A stretch of 62,920 nt of DNA, the filler included, from Octopus bimaculoides (taxonomy: Eukaryota): the NCBI RefSeq assembly GCF_001194135.2. It is 3 parts of 3 records of this genome, joined end to end, with 100 filler letters (N's around TTAATTAATTAA, not from the genome) between each part and the next. Parts side by side here need not be neighbours in the genome. Positions count along the whole stretch, not along the records: positions 28,872 to 59,345 come from NC_069000.1; 2 more parts are not named here. One strand, 5' to 3'. Below the pieces are notes generated by a model, which saw nothing but the letters and a program-made list of their open reading frames with translations, made no database searches and was not told the origin of the DNA. Numbering within the stretch: position 1 is the stretch's first letter; the number at the start of each line of letters is the position of its first letter. Both the position numbers and the translations under genes were made by a program. Shown piece after piece: positions 37,790 to 50,463 of the stretch.

Positions 37790-38275
37790 TTAAGATAACA
37801 TTCCGCATGACTTTTCTTAGCAGTGTAGATGCTTTCAATTTTCCCGTGGTGAAAGACACCACCCAAAAAATCAGCTGGGCGGTGGGTAAGTTTCCTAACT
37901 AGAGAATATTATGCTATTTTACGACGAGGTACAAAACCCTGAAATAAATTCACAATTTTACATACAAATGCAAAACAACATCATACACTAGCCTCCCGAG
38001 TTTCGTTTTCCATAAAGTATGCGCGATTCTTTGTTTACTCATTTACAGTACACTACGTATTTTCTTTTAATATATTTTAATTAACGTGTTTTATACAGTG
38101 CAGTACTGTATTGTATACGTGAAAATGCTTATTTCACCAGAGAAATAATTAAAATCTGGCTGCAGAAACCCGCGATATACTCAGGAGTCCGCGATATAAA
38201 TTTACATATATTAGCCAGAAAAATCCGCGATGTACTGATGATAGGTGAACCGCTATATGGCGAGTGATTACTGTA
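37790..38275. mobile_element. Tigger/pogo-like non-autonomous element, right end
   Basis: Ends ggtgaaccgctatatggcgagtgattactgTA with repeated subterminal ccgcgatat motifs; left end not seen. Confidence 0.5.
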
Positions 38276-39330
38276 TCTGCTTTGTCAAGACATCAGCATC
38301 TTTTATATACGAATGGATTCAGTCAGCAAGTTTTATGTTTCTTTGCATGAATCTCATTGTACTGCGACCATTCTCGAACGAACGGCTGATTCTTTGGTAT
38401 TGTGGCAGTTAGTCAGGCAACTAGCTCAGATGAGTGGCAACTCGGAAACTGCGTATTAATTTCCAATAAATAAGTGCTTGACGTTAAAGTCATATAATGA
38501 AGATCGATTGCTTCTTTATTTAGTTATTGTTGCTGTTCTTGAAATCATTGTATTTATTTCAAATTTTCTTTGTTTATCGTTGTTGCTTTTGCTGTAGTAA
38601 TTGTTGTATTTCTTGCTGTTATTGTTTTCGCTATTGGTATTCGCGTTAAATTCGTTAATACATATTTTTCTCCATAACTTCTGATTCGAAAGAGATCACT
38701 ATTAATGGCTGAATACGACTTGTTGCCAAGTTTCTCTAAGAGTTCAATATAAGTTTAGATCTTAAACAAGATTAAAAAAACAAACAAGCAGAACAAAGCA
38801 AATACATAAATAAACAAATAAACAAGCAACACAAGCTAATAAAATTGTGAAGAACGAAGAAATAACATTGGTTAATTCTTTTAATCGAAGAAGTATTACC
38901 TAATGAACTTATAGCTTTCTTTTCTCATGAGAATAACCAATGTTAGAACTGGAATTACTAGCAAGAAGTTGCGTACATTATTTTTTTCCCTAATGACCTT
39001 TTAAAGTTGCAATGAAGACTTACTTGGTACCGTTCCAAAAATGGTTGCCATCCAAACTACACACACACACACACACACAGATACACACACATATGTATAT
39101 ATGCAGTACACACACATATATATGCATATATATGTATATATGTATATATATTATATATTATATATGTTGGTATGTTTGTTTGTTTGTTCGTTTGTTTGTT
39201 TGTTCGTTTGTTTGTTTGTGCGCGCGCGTATGTGAGTGCATTTATTCATATATATCATATTATAATATTCTGAAATACATAGATAAACGCAGGCGTGCAT
39301 ACACACACACACATATATGTGTGTGTGTGT

Positions 39331-39390
<60 letters not shown>

Positions 39391-39629
39391 AGAGATAGAT
39401 TGATAGATACTGCGATTGTGTTCTGATTTACACACATAATAATAATGAATAAATACTGTCCTTAGACAACACTCTCACAAACACACATACACATATATAT
39501 TCATATAGAAACGGGCACGTAAAAATCAGGGTATTCTACAGAATTTGTTAAGATTTACTTGGCAGCGCTTCAAAAATGGTTTCCATCCAAGCTTGAACAA
39601 TATATAGATATTTCGCTTTTGTCTAGCAG

Positions 39630-39667
39630 TGCACAAACATAATAATAATGATAATAATAATAATAAT

Positions 39668-39718
<51 letters not shown>

Positions 39719-39876
39719 GGTAATAATGATGATGATGATGATGATGATGATGATAATAATAATAATAACAACAACAACAGCTATAACTACAACAACAACA
39801 ATAATAATAACAAAAACAACAATACAGTAACAACAACCAGAAGAAAAAAGGTGGAAGTGAACAATAAAGGGAGAAG

Positions 39877-39908
<32 letters not shown>

Positions 39909-39978
39909 GTAGTAGTAGTAGGAGGAGGAGGAGGAGGAGGAGGAGAAGAAGAAGAAGAAGAAGAAGAAGAAGAAGAAG

Positions 39979-40010
<32 letters not shown>

Positions 40011-40215
40011 GTAGGAGGAGGAGGAGGAGGAGGAGGGGAAGAAGAAGGAGAAGAAGAAGAAGAAGAAGAAGAAGAAGAAGAAGAAGAAGAAGAAGAAAGG
40101 AAAGAAGGAAGTAAGATAGATGGAAAGAAAGACAGAAAGAATTGAACACACAAACAAACAAACAAACAAACAAACAAACAAACAAACAGACAGACAAACA
40201 AACAAACAATAGAAG
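39630..40215. repeat. Compound microsatellite (AAT, GAT, AAC, GAA, GGA, AAAC)
   Basis: Direct inspection. Confidence 0.95.
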
Positions 40216-40749
40216 AAACAAACCAAGTAGCTTGATAACGATGGTTCTTCCTTATTTTAATGCAAGTATGACAGCTGACGAAGATATAACTTCAGAGTAT
40301 CATGGAGTGTATGAAAGCTGAAAGCCCTAATGTGGACACCTTTCTAGAATAAATCAGGGACCCAGCTATCCCTAATTACCTAGACTACCAAAGGGAAAAG
40401 CTTTATCCTAACTGTGTTATGCTGTCTACAAGACTATGCTAAAAGCATGCCCATTCTTGTCACTGTCTCCTCTCTTTCAGTCAATTCTCTAGAATGCAGT
40501 TTCTTCCTCTTGGTATTCACGTTTCTTTCTAAATGGAAGTTGATGGTGAAGACATATTAATCACTTCTCGTTTTTATTTTCAGCATTCTTGATCGTATAG
40601 CAGTCTTCTCTATAGAAAATACTGCTTGTCCTTTATTGCTACAGGAACATGGCAAGATGTTCATGGCCATCTGTCTTAAACACAACAACCGCTTGACACA
40701 GCTCCATGATTTAGCAAGGTTTAGGCACCGAATGTGTTCTTTTAGAATC

Positions 40750-40895
40750 TTGTGGTACGTCGGTATGCTTCTGATGCAGGCACTGGTGATGGCACTTGCA
40801 TGCCTGTATAGCTTATCCAGAAGTAGTATTATCCAACGTTAGCACTACCACATTAAGGATTTCTGAAAGCTGTCTATAGTCCCTGGTTAAAAGTT
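40750..40895 (-). mobile_element. Tx1-clade ORF2 C-terminal fragment
   Basis: IDSFQKSLMW*C*RWIILLLDKLYRHASAITSAC versus MNKFQNSLAWHCYRGVLSLQDKVYRHASAISRAC at 51626. Confidence 0.7.
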
Positions 40896-41202
40896 CTCTG
40901 CAGTAAGCCGTTACACTGATCTTCGTAGAATGTCCCTCGTACAATCGCTTACACACTACATGTTTTGACATATTAATCATCGTATCACGCGACCAGAGAA
41001 CTGTGAGAGCTTACTAATATTAAACATGTCAAGCATGTAATGTAAGCTATACACTCGCTTCCGGGCTGAAACTCTGTCAAAGAGAAGATCTGAAAGAAAA
41101 CTTCTCAGATAAATAAATGAAACCTGCGCACTATCCAATAATTTTTACATACACCTCAGCTTCAAACCCGGCTGGATTTCAACTTGGAATGTAAAAAGTT
41201 GT

Positions 41203-41597
41203 TTGTTGGCACTCCGTCGCTTACGACGTCGAGGGTTCCAGTTGATCCGATCAACGGAACAGCCTGCTCGTGAAATTAACGTGCAAGTGGCTGAGCACTC
41301 CACAGACACGTGCACCTTCAACGCAGTTCTCAGGGATATTCAGCGTGACACAGTGTGACAAGGTTGACCCTTTGAATAACAGGCACAACAGAAACAGGAA
41401 GGAAGAATGAGAGAAAGTTGTGGTGGAAGAGTACAGCAGGGTTCACCACCATCCCCTGCCGGAGCCTCGTGGAGCTTTAGGTGTTTTNNNNNNNNNNNNN
41501 NNNNNNNNNNNNNNNNNNNNNNNNNNNNNNNNNNNNNNNNNNNNNNNNNNNNNNNNNNNNNNNNNNNNNNNNTAACCAGTGGGCCATTGCGCCTCCA
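41203..41597 (-). mobile_element. SINE family B, long tail, 11-bp TSD (contains a gap)
   Basis: Reverse complement of 27860-28239; TSD taaaaagttgt at 41192-41202 and 41598-41608. Confidence 0.93.
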
Positions 41598-41671
41598 TAA
41601 AAAGTTGTAATTAAGAACCAAAAGACATTTTGTCTTTCTTTCATTCATTCTTATGCCTGTGTGGTAGTTTC

Positions 41672-42098
41672 TTTTCTACACTAGGCACAAAGCCAGAAAT
41701 TCTTGGGGATGAGGTTAGTCGATTAGATCGACCCCAGTACGCAACTGGTACTTAATTTATCGACCCCGAAAGGATGAAAGGCCAAGTGGACCTCGACGGA
41801 ATTTGAACTCAGAACGTTAAGACAGACGAAATACCGCTAAGCATTTCGCCCGGCGTGCTAATATTTCTTATTTATTTATTGCCCACGAGGGGCTAAACAT
41901 GAGGCGGAAACAAGGACAGACAAAAGGATTAAGTAGATTACATCGACGCCAGTGCGTAACTGGTACTTAATTTATCGACCCCGAAAGGATGAATGACAAA
42001 GTTGACCTCGACGGAATTTGAACTCAAAACGTTAAGACAGACGAAATAGCGCCAAGCATTTCGCCTGGCGTGCTAACGATTCTGCCAGCTCGCCGCCT
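41672..42098 (-). mobile_element. SINE family A head-to-tail dimer (tail iii unit followed by tail ii unit)
   Basis: Two bodies, 41672-41866 and 41867-42098; only the upstream unit has the box-A head. Confidence 0.85.
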
Positions 42099-42433
42099 CT
42101 CTGTGTATTGGTTTGTTTTAGCAATAAATTTGAACTGTTCCGAAGAAATATTATTGATAAATTCTTTTGATAACAGTAGTTCCATGCAAATCATGAGATA
42201 GAATGGGATTACATACGATCTCCAACGAGTATAGGACTCAAAACTACTGCAATGTGCAGTAGTTACGTTAGAAAATCACTGCAATTCAGCACTATGTTCT
42301 TGTCAACTCCCAGCCTTGATTTCCACTCCAGAAACGTATTGTAATGCGTCTGTCTTTCTGAAGTAGGGTATTAGATATACAACGTTCGGGTGAAAACATG
42401 TGCGGCGTTGGTGGAGCCCATGTTTATACTTAC

Positions 42434-42442
42434 TCTCAGTAC
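42434..42442 (-). CDS. Candidate 9-nt microexon (GTACTGAGA), unverified
   Basis: Minus strand: tcatttatccgcag|GTACTGAGA|gtaagt. Confidence 0.18.
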
Positions 42443-42879
42443 CTGCGGATAAATGACAATCACAATAGTAACAATAACTAGATTATCACCATGATACTCC
42501 AAAATATGTGTTTATAAGTGTTCATTTGACCTGCTAGAAATGGCAGCAAAATCTTCCTGGAATTAGACGCACTATTAATTTTAAAAAAGAACACGTAACA
42601 AAAATGTGATCTTACACCTTTTATGATGTCTATTGTATTAGAGTTAATTGGGGACGAAATAAAAAGAAAAATAACTCTGGAAGATGGAATCCTTTATATA
42701 CTATATCGGGAAAACACAACAAAACACTTTAATTGCTGACTATTGAAATTTATTCAGTGAACTTACGTTGAAAACTAAAAATCTATCATAAATTTAGTCC
42801 TATGTACGCTACAACTGACACTAGCTGAGAGAGAAAGACAAAGTTGAAACCACGCTAATCAGGCCCAGGTATGACTTTG

Positions 42880-43200
42880 AAAGCACGTGGTTTTGGGTTC
42901 ATTACTATACTGCGCTAACTTGTTAATGTGTCTTCTAGTATTGCGTCAGATAGACCAATGTCTTGTGAGTGAATCTGATAGAAAGAAACAGGATGAAACT
43001 GTGTGTGTGTGTATTTGTTTCCATACGGTGTTGGCTTGCGTAAGTCTCCCATAACTTAGTAGTTCAGCAATGGAGTGCAACAAATTAAGAACCAGATTTA
43101 AAAATAAGTATCGGAGATGGTTTGCTCGAGTAAACCATTCAACCAGGTGCCCCAGCATGACCGCAGTCCAATGGTTGATACAAGTAAAAAGAAAGAGATG
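42880..43200 (+). mobile_element. SINE family C/D, diverged
   Basis: C-like gtgtcttctagtattg..cttgtgagtgaat, short (TG)n, D tail gccccagcatgaccgcagtccaatggttgatacaagtaaaa. Confidence 0.75.
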
Positions 43201-43586
43201 AAAAGATATGTCTACTGGATCAGGGGTGATTCGGGTTAGACGCCATCAACAAGATCAAAAGACGGAATAAAATAATGCAAGACAAGTGTTCAACCAATTC
43301 TGCAATCCACTGCAATCCACTGCATTGGTAATGACAAAAACGAACGAAAAATAACAAATAAAACAAATAAAATACTGTTGTTTATGAAAAACAACAAAAA
43401 TTTGGCGCTTCTGTGTGATGTTATTCTTTTCTTTTATTTTTCTATTTATCACGTTATGCTGTAGTCTATCAAACAAATCGATATTAATTGATCGATAAAG
43501 ATAGTTCGAGAATTGAGTTTTGTAAAAGAGATCGATAATGGCTACAGTATATTGATTATACACATACATACACACGCAGATTTATA

Positions 43587-43688
<102 letters not shown>

Positions 43689-43954
43689 AATACATATTTG
43701 TATCTGCTCTTGTGTGTGCATCTATGAGTGTAAGTACATATGTATGTGTGTATGTATGTGTGTGCTGCATAGTACAAGTCGGTTACTGTAATCACTGTTG
43801 GCTGAAACATTTTGGTAATAATAACCGCTTGATAACATTAGCCATGATTATGAGAAGCGTCTTCTAATGTGTATATCCGCACCTTTTATACATACATATA
43901 TATATATACATGTGTATATATTGATATATATATAGATATATGTGTGTGTATATA

Positions 43955-43992
<38 letters not shown>

Positions 43993-44019
43993 TACACATA
44001 TACATACATGTATACACAC

Positions 44020-44072
<53 letters not shown>

Positions 44073-44111
44073 CACACACACACACACACACATATATATA
44101 CATACATACAT

Positions 44112-44169
<58 letters not shown>

Positions 44170-44616
44170 ATCATATTATTGGAAGCCTAATCTTTACAAA
44201 TTGTCACTCCAAATTTATCGGTGCCGATCTTCAAGAGTTTGTGAAAAAACGGAATATACAATTTAATATTTAAATTTTTATTTTCAATGCTTTGAAATAA
44301 AATAACGAACACTGGTTGGTTAATGGGAAATATGAGAAAGATATTATTGTTTCAGAAGATATAAAGAGCTATATATCATTCATGAGGAGAAAATTGACTC
44401 GTTTTGCACTAGTATGGTAAAAATGTTTTGTATACAGAAATACGTTATGATATAATGGACGAATAAAAATATATCCGTGTATAAATCATTGAGAAGTGCA
44501 AAGCAATCAAATCGTAGAAGAATTTTTAGAAACTTATAATGTGAGAAGCTCTAAAATTATGCAATAATAAAGATATTTACTTTACATCTTATACAATTCT
44601 TTATTTATTCGCTTGA

Positions 44617-44655
<39 letters not shown>

Positions 44656-44889
44656 AGTGTATGTATGTATGTATGTATGTATGTATGTATATATATTATC
44701 TGTTTCATTTTCTAAAATTTCAAAACTTGAATCTCGTAGTATGAGAGTAGATATTTATCTTCTATCTTCTATTTGTTTCACTGTTTCGACTGCGGCAAGC
44801 TCAGGTGCCGCCTTAGAGAAATTTAATCAAACGAATCCACAGCAATAATTATTTTCTTTAAGCCTGGTAGTTATGTGCTGAAAAAAATG

Positions 44890-45017
44890 TTTCTTAACCA
44901 CGCGGTGTGGGCTGTTTGGTCCTACTGCGCAGACACCAAGGCAACCGCATTCTACTATAGTCACAAGCCAATCAAAACCTTGTGAGTGGATTTAGTTCAC
45001 AGAAGCTGAAAGAAGCT

Positions 45018-45057
<40 letters not shown>

Positions 45058-45072
45058 CATTCACACATACAA

Positions 45073-45139
<67 letters not shown>

Positions 45140-45375
45140 TACATATATGCATGAATGTGTTTGTGTCCTTGTGCTTTTACTGACCTAACCCACCTTTTGA
45201 TGACTAGCGTTGGTTTGTTTACGTCACTGTAACTTAGTGGTTTTACAAAGGAGCTGGTAAAATAAGTACCAAACTTAAAATTTACGTAAAGGGAGTCGAT
45301 TTGTTTGTTAAAGTACTTCCAGTGTGTACCCCAGCATGGCCACAATCCAATAACTCAAACATGTGAGACAGAAAA
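44890..45375 (+). mobile_element. SINE family C/D with expanded internal TG/TA/GACA/GATA array
   Basis: C half 44890-45020, microsatellite 45020-45170, D half to ccccagcatggccacaatccaataactcaaacatg. Confidence 0.75.
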
Positions 45376-45504
45376 AAAGATAAACGATAAAACCATTCTC
45401 ATCTTGGAAGAAACTTGAGATATTTCCAGAGCCAAACATTACATTTTCTTCTTTTTTTTCATTTTCAGAGGAATACTTTGTGTGCTTGTTGAAGGAAACT
45501 TGAA

Positions 45505-45620
45505 AATTCGATTAATTAAGTACCAGTTACGCACTGGGGTCGATGTAATCGACTTAAACCATTTGTCTGTCCTTGTTTATCCCCTCTATGTTTAGCCCCT
45601 TGTGGGCAATAAAGAAATAA
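45505..45620 (+). mobile_element. SINE family A 3' fragment, tail type iii
   Basis: aattaagtaccagttacgcactggggtcgatg..gggcaataaagaaataag. Confidence 0.85.
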
Positions 45621-46219
45621 GTATGTTTTACAGGTGGTAGGTCCTTTCCTTCGAGGACCAAATTGACTAGGAAAAGGATTTTCGATTCCTATGAGGAGGA
45701 GTTACTCTTACAGTTTCTTAAATGTAGGGAGTTGTTGGCGGTATTCTAACTTAAAGAAAATTTCAATGAATACAATATAATATTGGCGAGTATTGTTGTC
45801 ATGAAAAGAAACAATAATAAATAATAGTTTCGGGAGGTGGTTATGATTAATCGGTCAAGAAGTAGAAAAGTCAGAGTTTTGTAATAAGTAGGTTGTGAGG
45901 TTTTTGAAATTATAAATGTATACAAATGCATACACATAGCTATAAACATGTGTTCACCATCCTCAAAGCTGTCACCGCCGCCGCCACCACCATCATCAGT
46001 ACCTGTTGAAATGTATAAACGTAGACAGCCAGATAAGAGAGAAGTTAGGATAAGTCAGTGGACAATAAGACATGCAGTGAAAGTCTGGATAAATCAATCA
46101 ATTAATGAAGAAATGAATTATAACTTTTGATTTTATTGACAGAATGACCTTCCCGAAATGCAACAATAACTTTGGCAGCGCAGGGTTTCACTTCAAGAAT
46201 CTTACGAAAGAAAGAGTCC

Positions 46220-46268
<49 letters not shown>

Positions 46269-46269
46269 C

Positions 46270-46317
<48 letters not shown>

Positions 46318-47613
46318 TTATATATCAATCTATCTGTTTGTATGTCTCTCTGCCCCTCTGTCTGTATTTCTATATAATATATAGTGATATCTTTTATATA
46401 AATATTATATCTATCAGTATATATATATANNNNNNNNNNNNNNNNNNNNNNNNNNNNNNNNNNNNNNNNNNNNNNNNNNNNNNNNNNNNNNNNNNNNNNN
46501 NNNNNNNNNNNNNNNNNNNNNNNNNNNNNNNNNNNNNNNNNNNNNNNNNNNNNNNNNNNNNNNNNNNNNNNNNNNNNNNNNNNNNNNNNNNNNNNTATAT
46601 ATACATATATGTATTCATTTAACTATGTCTGATTATGTGAGTCTGTGTGTATATGAATACTTATACGATTGTGTGTCAGGGAGCGAAGCAGAGAGAGTAG
46701 TGAGCAGAATATGTGAAAAGAATAGAAAGGAAACTACGAGAGAAAGAGAGAGACGGAGAAATAGAGAGCGGTTGAACCAGTGAAATAGCTATCTTTATAT
46801 GTGAGATAGGAAAATTAACCGTGAGAGAGAGAGAAAGAGAAGAGTAGAGAAATAAAGTAACAAGAAGGTATGAAACAAGAAATGAGAGAAATTATATAAA
46901 AGAAGCGATCGTAAAAGAGAGGTGTGTACGGGAGAGAGAAAAGAAAGTTAGTGAGTAGGAGAATAAATGAGAGAGTGGGATAGTATGTACATGTGATACA
47001 CAGAGAGTGAATGAGTAATAGTGAGAGTGAGACAGAAAATAGAAGGTTAGGTTTGTGTGAGAAAGATAGATAAAGTGTTAGAGTGTGCGTTAGAGGAAAA
47101 GGAAATGATATAAAGCGCGGTACGTTGAAACGATGTATTAAACGAGAAACAATAAAAGTCTCTCCCACACAAATGATAAATTTGGTTATCTAAACACCAA
47201 AACGAACAATATCTATAAAATTAGAACACCACAGAGACCAACACCGTCCACGTTTCTTTTCTTTTTTTATTAGTTTTTACGCTTTTAATGTTTGACGGTT
47301 TTACTGTTTCCAGCCACTGAGTTGTGTCCATGTCGTGGTTTTGTTATATTGTTTGATGTGGACTGAATGCTGACTAGTCGTATGGGGTAATATGGTGCCG
47401 GCCGAAATAGACTGAGATAGAGAGGTGGGATAGTGGGACGGAGAGAGAGGAGAAGGGGATATAAAGTAAGAGAGATTTGGAAGTTAGACTATAGTGGAGT
47501 TGGTTGTACATTTATTTGTCTATTCTTGTTATATTGCATATAGAAACTCTTGCAAAAACACACATACATGCACGCGTGCATACGCAAACACATAAGCACA
47601 CACGCAAACATTC

Positions 47614-47660
<47 letters not shown>

Positions 47661-48414
47661 NNNNNNNNNNNNNNNNNNNNNNNNNNNNNNNNNNNNNNNN
47701 NNNNNNNNNNNNNNNNNNNNNNNNNNNNNNNNNNNNNNNNNNNNNNNNNNNNNNNNNNNNNNNNNNNNNNNNNNNNNNNNNNNNNNNNNNNNNNNNNNNN
47801 NNNNNNNNNNNNNNNNNNNNNNNNNNNNNNNNNNNNNNNNNNNNNNNNNNNNNNNNNNNNNNNNNNNNNNNNNNNNNNNNNNNNNNNNNNNNNNNNNNNN
47901 NNNNNNNNNNNNNNNNNNNNNNNNNNNNNNNNNNNNNNNNNNNNNNNNNNNNNNNNNNNNNNNNNNNNNNNNNNNNNNNNNNNNNNNNNNNNNNNNNNNN
48001 NNNNNNNNNNNNNNNNNNNNNNNNNNNNNNNNNNNNNNNNNNNNNNNNNNNNNNNNNNNNNNNNNNNNNNNNNNNNNNNNNNNNNTATATATATATATAT
48101 GACTTGTTATTGTTAGGCCTTACTAATCGTAAGGTAAATACCACCATATCCAAACTATTGTGGAGAAGGCTAGCCACTGGATTTAGTTAAAAATAGACGA
48201 TGAGCGATGGCTAGAGAAATATTGAGCTTTATTTCATAACCAGTTGATCTAGTAAGTGGGGCCTCATATCGGTGAGGGAGCCGGTGCGCAATAAAGCCGT
48301 CGAGAGGTAGGCCCCGAAACGGAGCGCATTCTCTCCTGATGATCCCATACATTTGCTGTCTTCCGGTATGCGGAGTTCGAGACTGCTAGCACTTGTATGT
48401 GCAAGTTGTTTGCA

Positions 48415-48850
48415 AGACATGTTTCAGCCATAAAGCTGTGGTCATGCTGGTGTTATGACCTTTTAAATGGCTAATCTTATGTGCTTGGCTTTTGGTGAAG
48501 GAGAGTGTTTGACACTGCTGCCTAATTTTGCGTTTCGACAAAGCGTTAAATATACTGTGGGACCTTGAATCTCAAGCTATTGCAATGCACAGACCTCACT
48601 CTAGATGTAACAGCTTGGAGTTTTGGAATAGTGCAGAGACATCTAATTCAGGGTTTGGTATAACTTTCGATTCCGCAGTTTGGTGCCAGCCCTTCCAGTA
48701 TCTTCCACACATATATCACTGCATACCTCTCCCGTCTTCATTCCAGTTTAACGGTCATTTTTCACAGGAATTTTCAATGGCCGGATAACTGAAGAGATGT
48801 TGGCGTGGCCTCCCACACCGGCATTCGAAACTCGGAGTTTTATCATGGCT
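48415..48850 (-). mobile_element. CR1-type LINE 3' end (ORF2 C-terminus plus tail)
   Basis: RRERYAVIYVWKILEGLAPNCGIESYT..VRSVHCNSLRF; tail ccagcatgaccacagctttatggctgaaacatg. Confidence 0.7.
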
Positions 48851-48947
48851 ACTGAATAAGTGTCACATATTTTTACAGATAAATTCCTCTATTTACATGA
48901 TATGGAGGTCTCTTTCTTTCTTTTGTTGTCCTTCCTATCAATATATA

Positions 48948-49001
<54 letters not shown>

Positions 49002-49021
49002 ATGTTTACATATATAAGTGC

Positions 49022-49360
49022 AAGCGTGGCTGTGTCGTAAGATACTCGCTTCCCAACCACAATATGCTGGGCTCAATCCCACCGCGTGGCAATTTAGGCA
49101 TGTATCTTCTACTATAGCCTTGGGCGGACCAAGGATTTGTGAGTGGATTTGACAGACAGGAGCTCTTTCTATATATATGTATATGTATGTACGCATGTAT
49201 GTATTTGTGTGTTTGTGTTGACACTGATGCTTATGTGTTTATGTCCCTACAACATAGGGGTTGAGTAAAAAGAACCCTATAGAATAGTTACTATGCTTGC
49301 AAAAGTAGTTGGGCTTGATTTGATCCAACATGGCTGCAGTCAAATGACTTAAATAATTAT
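49022..49360 (+). mobile_element. SINE family C/D, diverged
   Basis: gcgtggctgtgtcgtaagatactcgcttcccaaccac..tcttctactatagcc; TA/TG spacer; D tail atccaacatggctgcagtcaaatgact. Confidence 0.8.
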
Positions 49361-50463
49361 GAAAATAATAGAATACATGTTATAAATTTGTGCGTGCGTG
49401 TGTGTGTGCGCGCGCGTGCGTGTGTGCAATGTACATATAGTAGCTTCAGACTTGTCACCCAGTCAGTGCGCAAGAAATTTGATTTTCAGCTGTGCTGAGT
49501 AAATTTGCTTCATTCATAAATTAAATTTGAGAATTTTGCTAGTGATTGACTCTCTTGTTAATGTCAAGCAGGAATAAATGTATTCGGTAATGCGCCTTGT
49601 TAGACCACATTGTTTTGGTCGGTAATTAAATTCCTCAGCACTCCCACTTCTGATAACTGCAACGTATAATTGCCCAGGAAAGAAGCACAAGATTGACAAG
49701 TTCAAACTCGGTTGCTCACTTTAGAGATCTGCTCTTGTACATTATGTATAGTTATTTCAATACACGGTTTGCATGGAAATTGGAGACGCCTAAACTGTAC
49801 GGGAATTCAGTGCCTGATGGTGACAATGAAATTGTTCGCAGGAGGACAGATTCAGTTTTGAAAGATTTGTAAGGAATAATAACTTGGACCCGAGAAATAA
49901 TAAGCATGGACCCGAGAGGCGATACACTGAATTTTATTCACTACTTTCGATGAGTCTGCATTACACAGAAACACGGCGGAGGCCCTACCACTTAATTTCA
50001 CGATGCGAATTGGTATTTCTTAACGTTTAATTGCCTTTAAGAGCTTTACTAAATAGGTTGCAATATCTTCATTCCTGAAAACAATTTCCACAGACTGGAA
50101 GGTTCTTTCTTCGCATGGAAATTCTCTTTTAACAACTAGATAGAGCTGATTGACATAGATGTTTAAAGGAGACAATATTGTTCTTATTAGCCAATCACTC
50201 AAATCTGACACTAGGTAGGACTTCAGTTGTAACAATAGGTAGGACTTTAGCTTTGAGAATGCTCAAGACATAAAACTTTTTCCATGGATATCGATGAATA
50301 TTTTGGCGCCAGTTTCTGCCACAAAGGAGATCCTTCCATATCCATTTTCTTATAAAAGTATTGCAAACTTTCTGGCTCCTCCATCAGCTGATAAGTGAGT
50401 TTTCATATCAGTGCCAAAATCTTGAAAGCGAAGTTTTCTAGTTCACATTGTTGATATGGGACT

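Noticed and set aside
46640-47160. 117-aa hydrophobic minus-strand ORF
   Set aside because: It arises from GA-rich low-complexity sequence.
50020-50455. Minus-strand broken frame possibly from a Tc1/mariner-type transposase
   Set aside because: Only vague similarity; no catalytic motif or TIR could be identified.
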